Origin: Obrimoposthia wandeli
Taxonomy: Eukaryota
Assembly: GCA_977020255.1 (NCBI GenBank)
Contig: CDROCS010002120.1
Location: 1-64,000, forward strand
DNA: 64,000 nt
Reading direction: 5' to 3'
This document shows positions 60,901 to 64,000 of the stretch, piece by piece. The notes beneath the pieces are model-generated. The model had not been told where the DNA came from, made no database searches, and saw only the letters and a list, made by a program, of their open reading frames with translations. Both the position numbers and the translations under genes were made by a program. Within the stretch, counting starts at the first letter, position 1. Every line of letters starts with the position of its first letter.

Positions 60901-63479
60901 ACAAGATATCAATTTAAAACAATTTTAATGAATCTGTAGACTATTTAAGAAACTTAACAAATAATAATCTTTATTTTTCAAACATGGAGCGCGCCTCAGT
61001 AATATAAGCTATATATTAAGTATATTATTGTCATTGAATTTTATGTTTTAATTGTGAATTACATTGCCTAACTTGAGACAAAATATTGCAGCAAACGTCA
61101 ATGGGAATTTTCATGATTTTTATACGAATACGTTTTTAGATTGAATGATAATAATTCTTCTATCATATGAAAATATCGATTTGTGGCCTACAGGAGTAAC
61201 TGGTGAAAACAACTTGGCTCTGCTGAAGGTAAACAGTCCCGTCATGTCCTCCTCGATCTGTATGGCCCCTGCCAACGACACGGACAACATTATGTCTGGC
61301 AGCTACTGTGTTACTCTCGGCGTCTCCAACATTAGCATAACAACAGGACGACCGCAACAGACATCGCCACGATATGGTAACTACGTAACACGAGTATGGA
61401 ACAACAATGGCGAGTCTTCGGTGATGTTTCAGCATGTACGGCCCAAGAACGAGTCGCAATGCGTTAGTGACACGAACCTGCGTCAAGATCAGATCGACAA
61501 GCTTTTCTGCAGCGAGGCCGTCACCAACAGAGCTACTGGCTTTACTGGCCAAAGCGGTGGACCCGTCTTTTGTAGAAGACCTGGCAGTAAGTAGAAAACA
61601 TAAATTTAGCAACAATTTTAGAGCCAAACACTATTATATTTCGTCAAAATGCTTTGTAAATTTTTATTAGAACGTGAAAATGTACAGTTCATTTCATTTG
61701 GTGCTTATTTTGTATACATAGTAGTACACTTGCTTCTCTAAATTGTTTTAGATGTGATTCTGACATCAAGATGAATTTTTGTATTAACCATTTACAGTGG
61801 TTTATAAACAACTCATGTATTCACTCAGCAGAAACAATGCATAATAGCTAATATTAATTACATTAATTTTGTTGACCAATTGGAGCGTAGCAATTATTAT
61901 ATACTAATAAAACTATACTATTGTGCTTTATAATGCTTGTAGTTTATGATACATATGTTAAAGAGTCACATTCTACATAGCAATTTAAGCAGGAAAGAGT
62001 AACCAAAGATATTGTGTTTTAATAAAGCAAAAATGTATTAAAATCAATTAGATTTAAATGTTAATATTTCAGAATATAGTTAACATTCAGCGTAGTGGAA
62101 CTCAGTAATTATGATGGTGTACTTATTCTGTTTTATTGAATAATATTAACATTTCTTCAGAACTCCCTTCAACTTTATTAAAATCTAAACCTAATGGGAT
62201 AATTCATTTAATTGTCCTAAATTAATTATCCTAAAAATTAAATTTACTGAAAACCTTCGATTGAAATAAAACCGCTTTTTAAATTTTATTTAAAATCACA
62301 ATAAAGAAATATTTACATACTTATTTTCTTTAAAATTTGTTGATTTATAGACTTAAAAATAATGATAACCTTGAGTAAATCATATAATGATAAATTTGTA
62401 GAGAATTGAAATATTTAATTTCACAATATAATCTATGTGTTTAATTATATAAATTGTGACACTTTTTTCATTTAAGCACATTTTAATTGCAAAATATATG
62501 GATATTACAGAATTTACAAATTATTCATTCTGTAAACATTAATTTTCAGAAATTACCGAATTTGTAGTTCACTCCTTTTGATTTAGAAGAGAAAAATATT
62601 TATTAAACAAATCGAATCAAATAAAAGAGAAAACGTATTAAATTTTTTATGTAACTTAGAAACCCTAAGTATTAGGTCAAATTTGACCAATTGACTTCCT
62701 TCCCAAGTTTGTCATTATAGTCATAAATTATTTTATGCAAAGACTAAATTTTAGGATTTCAATTAGTGTTAATATTTTTCTTTAATGTACAATGGTTATT
62801 TTTTTGTTTCAAGCAATAAAAAATGTTAAATGTCAAGGAGTATTAACTTCGAAAATATTTTATGTTAAGTATATTATTTTAAAATATGTTTAAATAACTA
62901 AAACAAATTGAATTCGAAATAAAAATAAATGAAAGTCATACAATTTTTTTATTTATTTTGATATTAAAATAATTATTTGACCTTCATACCTTGCTTAATT
63001 ATGTAACAAATGTTATATTTTTCACATGTGGTTTAATCAGCTATTTTTCGTAAATTTTACTCTGTTATTTTACCAGGTTTAGGAAAGGTGACAAAATCCG
63101 AGTTTAGATATGAGAATGATATTTCTTTTAAACAAATTAATATCTTCTCTTAAATATTTTTTTGTTTGAAATAAAAATTTCTCATTATTTACTTTTTAAA
63201 AAAATACTTTAAATTCTTACTCATGTGAATTTGGAAAACAAAATTAATACAAATAACATTTTTTAAATATTAACCAAGATTAATTTCGATAACATGCTTA
63301 GAAAACTTGTCCGTACATATGACGACGTTTACCGACCTTGAAATTTCTATGCAGCTGGCGACACCCTTGTTGGAGTGATGAACAAGGCCATCAAGGCTAA
63401 CCGACCGTTTGCTAACGAAGTTTTCACGAAGGTGTCCAAGTATTCATCATGGATCCAAGCCACTGTCGGAGCAAACTAG
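9781..63479 (+). CDS. Multi-exon gene: 3x SRCR domains + trypsin-like serine protease homolog (predicted inactive); 5' exon(s) not found
   Basis: Ten GT-AG exons join in frame with consistent phases: 9781-9913, 21182-21327, 22016-22145, 22908-23065, 27395-27530, 30583-30764, 45819-45996, 60550-60641, 61194-61586, 63355-63479 (TAG). Confidence 0.9.
10853..11270. repeat. Left TIR of Polinton A (two ~210 bp units)
   Basis: tgtctttcgggccacctcgattactgaggc... is the reverse complement of 17701-17731; unit marker ttaggcc at ~11008 and ~11227. Confidence 0.85.
11700..12067 (-). pseudogene. Adenain-like cysteine protease remnant (Polinton A)
   Basis: RKLLGSRFNRVFSLDRIPSLIHSGGYVINTHSFNQH*EHWIAIYV. 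Confidence 0.75.
12078..13298 (-). pseudogene. Major capsid protein (PY-like), frameshifted (Polinton A)
   Basis: MSCAKTELCIFDKPRPQ...; four ORF pieces collinear with 41154..42383. Confidence 0.9.
13343..13648 (-). pseudogene. Small basic QGG/QYGSG protein (Polinton A), one stop
   Basis: MQGGDLP*FAGKQYGSGWMKVFDRFAFPLLQRLG, homologous to 40780..41157. Confidence 0.8.
13645..14665 (-). pseudogene. Minor capsid (penton/PX-like), frameshifted (Polinton A)
   Basis: MSSMYIVLPSNGSP...LPGHWEAALTEFSF ... IYIYTSITEPIFVGG...YIPVSSSFINNIEVNI. Confidence 0.85.
14665..14975 (-). pseudogene. Integrase C-terminal fragment with chromodomain (Polinton A)
   Basis: PFIKNFKENWSDEV...GKFYHEELQV...LVKWHGYSEPSWILASQI*. 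Confidence 0.8.
14912..15208 (-). pseudogene. Small basic protein fused by deletion to integrase sequence (Polinton A)
   Basis: ILKSFPTFVIDDIL matches ILKAFPSFVVDDLL of 38297..38626; the last ~20 codons are integrase DNA read out of frame. Confidence 0.7.
15208..15855 (-). pseudogene. Packaging ATPase (Polinton A), two in-frame stops
   Basis: MEL*NNAVFQIVGPSGSGKTHF...IVIDDL...IFITQNLF...HYLVLFKNPRD. Confidence 0.9.
16074..16256 (-). CDS. Unknown ORF occupying the position of the TBP-like gene of copy B
   Basis: Syntenic position; only faint resemblance (EEIPGFVHF..NISVFVSA) to a TBP repeat. Confidence 0.25.
   Translation of the reverse strand: MDNKKQIQLILSDNSLSFKRKVNLLEPLMLREKLEVEEIPGFVHFNERNISVFVSAPQWS
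16491..16879 (+). pseudogene. Homolog of 35899..36351 (putative OB-fold/ssDNA-binding-like), stop and frameshift
   Basis: SVEKHKFNYLIS...FIIKGDEAIF...WNINMKIQGYK...TPIWKI aligns with TIERRKFSYYLS...FYIRGADEAF...WTVTIRLYGYK...LPMWKI. Confidence 0.7.
17120..17762. repeat. Right TIR of Polinton A (three ~208 bp tandem units)
   Basis: ttccatcatattttgacttggccta recurs at ~17123, ~17332, ~17541. Confidence 0.85.
18377..20922 (-). mobile_element. hAT DNA transposon, full length, transposase disrupted
   Basis: 8 bp TSD AGAGAAAC at 18369-18376 and 20923-20930; imperfect TIRs TAGGGGTCAAAC / TAGTGAGTAAAC; subterminal ACCGGT repeats. Confidence 0.92.
18652..20556 (-). pseudogene. hAT transposase (BED finger, DDE, dimerization domain)
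   Basis: VWQYF...CLQC...GSTSGLKTH; TIDEYTS; VTTDGASLM; ATSVESERAFSAAG. Confidence 0.9.
21182..21327 (+). CDS. Host exon: SRCR1 C-half
   Basis: ttgcag|..MAATYTKIYGSRYRAFISYLRCMQEKKFKDCNFYIRNYCYARLRLTCA|gtgagt; phase 2 to phase 1. Confidence 0.8.
22016..22145 (+). CDS. Host exon: SRCR2 N-half
   Basis: ctcag|..RGLLTFMDQFICHDGFTKTTANVICNDLGY|gtaatt. Confidence 0.85.
22908..23065 (+). CDS. Host exon: SRCR2 C-half
   Basis: tttcag|..YVRCSGTESNFGQCYINTRYNCSSNMAVNIFCQ|gttagt. Confidence 0.85.
23400..25820 (-). mobile_element. LTR-retrotransposon gag remnant interrupted by a MULE
   Basis: CCHC knuckle CAHCQRPGHFRYQC at ~23574-23615; degraded gag-like reading 25360-25820 on the other side of the insertion. 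Confidence 0.55.
23828..25348. mobile_element. Non-autonomous MULE/foldback element with ~600 bp TIRs
   Basis: 9 bp TSD CACTATACT at 23819-23827 and 25349-25357; ~23830-24440 is inverted at ~24690-25348. Confidence 0.85.
27395..27530 (+). CDS. Host exon: SRCR3 N-half (canonical)
   Basis: [44 protein letters not shown]|gtaagt. Confidence 0.92.
28900..29850 (-). mobile_element. Gypsy-like gag remnant
   Basis: AKLELVVHLRRVDDLQNYMSLFLAGAAFQY on the minus strand near 29650-29760. Confidence 0.45.
30295..30378. mobile_element. Solo Polinton TIR related to copy B
   Basis: ctccatacacacatgcacagatttaaaggacag...attagaccagagatatccacctact vs the copy B right TIR ...cacatgcacggttttaaaggacag...attagaccggacacatccacctact. 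Confidence 0.75.
30583..30764 (+). CDS. Host exon: SRCR3 C-half
   Basis: YGYGNGRFTLDDLRCQGLESDINECTHTPWLSHNCGGVEISGLICS|gtaaga. Confidence 0.92.
32030..34354 (+). mobile_element. Degraded hAT element related to 18377-20922
   Basis: ASID*WRSMKYQRYLDVH, NLGMV, NALLTIKP; TIR-like gtttactgcccctg at 34341-34354; left end not found. Confidence 0.6.
35358..35762 (-). pseudogene. Putative OB-fold-like protein, paralog 2 (one in-frame stop)
   Basis: ORFs 35613..35822 and 35358..35591 share a frame; C-terminus WNISIRLNGYFADDGKMQPLWTL. Confidence 0.65.
35899..36351 (-). CDS. Putative OB-fold/ssDNA-binding-like protein, paralog 1 (150 aa, intact)
   Basis: Intact ATG ORF, acidic N-terminus, WTVTIRLYGYKK...LPMWKI; homologs at 35358 and 16491. 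Confidence 0.7.
   Translation of the reverse strand: MDDSQRVLSDDEDIGMFEESDKDMYEEVKQYFKYKVRFLKKAQLIALVNPVTIERRKFSYYLSGIQKPDFQYLKQKVEKAVPNFTFNKNEFYIRGADEAFLDDYGRYVDIDAFPKKKQWTVTIRLYGYKKDEMGTKLPMWKIERAHISMF
36352..36630. promoter_or_regulatory. Bidirectional promoter: five CCAAT/ATTGG boxes and a TATA box on each strand
   Basis: CCAAT 36399, 36530; ATTGG 36447, 36478, 36511; TATATAAA 36593-36600 (+); TATAAAA 36413-36419 (-). Confidence 0.6.
36631..37130 (+). CDS. TATA-binding-protein-like protein, 153 aa, exons 36631-36760 and 36799-37130
   Basis: Repeat 1 FTVVIFPTG|NCRVMGCK restored by removing a 38 nt GT..AG intron; repeat 2 FEPEIFPA...MNIFSSGKVMILGLK. Confidence 0.8.
37159..37431 (+). CDS. 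Small hypothetical protein with C-terminal hydrophobic helix
   Basis: Intact 90 aa ATG ORF ending YSLINFCISSTIALTLYISIRKLL. Confidence 0.5.
   Translation: MNNTINRDNEVDRLADEIFSGKIRGKEILSELKNNDITRDNIEILVRSHVIREFRNRTQINKIIAKYSLINFCISSTIALTLYISIRKLL
37469..38116 (+). CDS. A32/FtsK-like packaging ATPase
   Basis: GPSGSGKT Walker A, IIIDD Walker B, IFITQN, RTINLN, FKNPRD. Confidence 0.95.
   Translation: MELNNNAVFQIVGPSGSGKTHFVCKLLQNESLFKSSFKNIYWHHGGGGESELTKTEVCKLKGIKFIEGFDANWCERLQKEDVIIIDDLYQEATKESDFNNLFTKIASHREVTVIFITQNLFHQGGHRRTINLNVHYLVLFKNPRDQTVVDFVARQAFPQNKNFLVDSFHDAAKQAHGYIFIDFTQACPDDLRVLTDIFNSKGVTVYKQIENNYKK
38297..38626 (+). CDS. Basic core-like protein with C-terminal QNGG-hydrophobic tail
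   Basis: Lys/Arg-rich; ends KQNGGFIGAVIPVVASIISSIIAATRS; homolog in copy A. Confidence 0.75.
   Translation: MKKIQRCTPYFKGLVKASSNKRMIILKAFPSFVVDDLLEVLYNIVLGRVKVRNRKNILKKYRKTLLDIANVKSKKRKRNIILKQNGGFIGAVIPVVASIISSIIAATRS
38654..38872 (+). CDS. Overlapping ORF with N-myristoylation-type start (MGASPS..CC)
   Basis: 72 aa, good ATG context, overlaps the integrase 5' end in another frame. Confidence 0.4.
   Translation: MGASPSLPKLKISFYSNCCNGEDMVQSKRSNWLHRSFKISKKNKTKLQENAEMAERPVSLQFEQADQKKVSN
38712..39739 (+). pseudogene. rve-type DDE integrase with C-terminal chromodomain (frameshift near 39620)
   Basis: WQMDL, QTDLGKEF, VVERFNRTL; after the shift, YFVKWHGYSDPTWISASNII*. Confidence 0.92.
39736..40802 (+). 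pseudogene. Minor capsid protein (penton/PX-like), disrupted
   Basis: MYMVLPSNG...LQGEWEAALTEFSF ... HLYIYINLIEPTLVGG...YLPVS...IEVNIRDD; stop/frameshift near 40050 and 40490. Confidence 0.88.
40780..41157 (+). CDS. Small basic protein with QQGG/QYGSG motifs and amphipathic helix
   Basis: QQGGELPYFVGKQYGSGWLRTLGRFAFPFLKRLGRFISKLG; conserved in copy A. Confidence 0.85.
   Translation: MANPAIIEAYSQSQQGGELPYFVGKQYGSGWLRTLGRFAFPFLKRLGRFISKLGKDYLSSKDNKLIPTFKKHALDELDNVLPEVANLIRKRKSNKSQGGSGFKSKKKLKININKRKKVKGTIFAK
41154..42383 (+). CDS. Major capsid protein (double jelly-roll, PY-like), intact 409 aa
   Basis: Typical C.K.EL.IF..P start, YLDLNDTLL, KYLIPGV...L.LKRN; collinear with copy A. Confidence 0.93.
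   Translation: MSCAKTELCIFDKPLPQVVVDNASFEEIFLVNSVSGTTLTDLEFNINGSNSEYLDLNDTLLYVQIKVLNRDGANLDENADVTPVNYLFNSLFNDAIVTLNNVKIEGGNFSYAHKALIESLLNYSTDTQNTNLATIGYDKTVATRKEWIAGSEAYEMCGSLRLNFFEQLKYLIPGVNVHLRLKRNKCNFSLISTDILKPRLDILDAKLYVRRVKTEQSVLMAHNIGMEKNNACYSIRETKLISYSLGTVTQAFNKDQSFGDVRLPKFILISFQKTAKFLGNYTTDTTQFDNLSVGSVTLSRNTDYRETYKTDFEGNAYALAYTQSIIRNLGQLDKNINNGISFIEFKSSCPFFTFVLAPDFDINQCQLPKDGNLRLEIKFNAALTNPTTVLIYGVFDSEIQINKNRTVIL
42385..42765 (+). pseudogene. Adenain-like cysteine protease (one in-frame stop)
   Basis: FNGVYPID...YIINT...PGEHWIAIY...VFD...QYQ...NCGHLC. Confidence 0.9.
43029..45283 (-). pseudogene. Protein-primed family B DNA polymerase (frameshift/deletion ~43560)
   Basis: VRDHDHVTG..CNLCNL, FHNLKGYD, FIDSLQF, KGIFPY, YIDINNLYGWA, KLKSNSLFGK, DTDSF, LRPKCY, AKGV. 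Confidence 0.95.
45819..45996 (+). CDS. Host exon: start of trypsin-like domain
   Basis: tacag|..RYSFLVQIR...YWCAGTIIQDNWILTSASCF|gtgagt. Confidence 0.88.
46790..47610 (+). mobile_element. Highly degraded Tc1/mariner remnant
   Basis: TA|CAGGTGTCTCAGAAAC TIR-like start; SGRL and NGG-like end motifs. Confidence 0.4.
48034..48254. repeat. ~220 nt imperfect palindrome (hairpin) with 3 nt loop
   Basis: agaaggatggagtctagatcacttgacccc...tatatgttg cc tcacc TCC ggtga cc caacatata...ggggtcaagtgatctagactccatccttct. Confidence 0.9.
49065..49780. repeat. 180 bp tandem repeat within the left arm (4 units; 2-3 units in the right arm ~55990-56400)
   Basis: caagtaagtgtcttagcaagtgaatgtaa recurs at 180 bp spacing. 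Confidence 0.9.
50560..55935. repeat. AT-rich higher-order satellite (~100-133 bp monomers, ~487 bp HOR, ~1322 bp super-unit)
   Basis: Marker acataagtttaatgttttg at ~50689, 51175, 52010, 52498, 53333, 53817, 54304. Confidence 0.92.
59000..60502 (-). mobile_element. Degraded Tc1-like remnant
   Basis: TIR-like gtgtccactaacttttgatcacaactcta at ~60476-60503; faint transposase reading ~59780-59880. Confidence 0.4.
60550..60641 (+). CDS. Host exon: trypsin-like domain
   Basis: cccag|..SRYGISQWFIHPQYS|gtaaaa; joins the next exon as IHPQYSRVTGENNLALLKV. Confidence 0.85.
61194..61586 (+). CDS. Host exon: trypsin-like domain core
   Basis: ctacag|..NNLALLKV...SICMAP...YCVTLG...LFCSE...GQSGGPVFC|gtaagt. 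Confidence 0.9.
63355..63479 (+). CDS. Host last coding exon
   Basis: atgcag|..DTLVGVM...VFTKVSKYSSWIQATVGAN*. Confidence 0.9.
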
Positions 63480-64000
63480 TTGTTGGGAGACTTATTAGGA
63501 AGACTCATTTATTGACTTCATTAAACTTTGCCGTTTTTAAACTTTTATCTTTATATGTTTTAATTAATAAATCTATCGGTGCTTACGTCTGTTATTTTTC
63601 TTATTTTGTAACTTTTTCAGGAGCCTCAATCTATTTCAACGATGATACTTGTCGAAATAAAATGTTGACTAATACTAACAATGCATTAATATGTGTCAAT
63701 GCCGGGTGTAGTTTAAGTTTGTTGTAGAATTTAGGAATATCAGTGTAGTATGTCAACATTCTGATTAAGATCACATCTGAAACTTTCTCTGACACTATAC
63801 ATTCCAAATTAATGGTATGATTCAGTCCAGCAAAAGCTTATTCGAATGAGAATCAAAATACTCATTTTCTAATTTCAAACTGTACAATGAATTATAAAAA
63901 TTCTTTAAATTAATAATAATGTTTAGCCGCTCTTAGAATTTTAGTGCAGAAAACGTGTTTGGAATTAAAATTAATTTATTTCACTCAAATCTATATTTTA

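Noticed and set aside
61163-61627. 154 aa minus-strand ORF (and 61434..61670 +)
   Set aside because: Shadow ORFs of the GC-richer host protease exon; no independent motifs.

Overview
AT-rich invertebrate animal genomic DNA; the species cannot be determined from the sequence. One spliced host gene on the + strand spans at least 9781-63479 (10 exons found, first exon not found). It encodes three SRCR domains plus a trypsin-fold pseudoprotease (His->Ser, Asp->Asn). Its introns are packed with mobile DNA. (i) A complete but decaying ~10.5 kb Polinton/Maverick (34957-45477; ~95 bp TIRs, ATTATG TSD) has pPolB, integrase, ATPase, protease and major and minor capsid genes, plus an unusual accessory block: an apparently intron-split TBP-like gene and two paralogous putative OB-fold genes. 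(ii) A second, related, internally deleted Polinton (~10851-17764) has long TIRs built from tandem repeats. (iii) A ~9.3 kb foldback structure (48034-57334) has a terminal hairpin, ~1.4 kb inverted arms and a central higher-order AT-rich satellite. (iv) There are also a hAT element, a MULE-type foldback, Tc1/mariner and LTR/non-LTR remnants. Upstream of the found exons lies a degenerate DIRS/hepadnavirus-like RT-RNaseH element with no visible tyrosine recombinase. All family assignments come from motif recognition by eye, not database searches.
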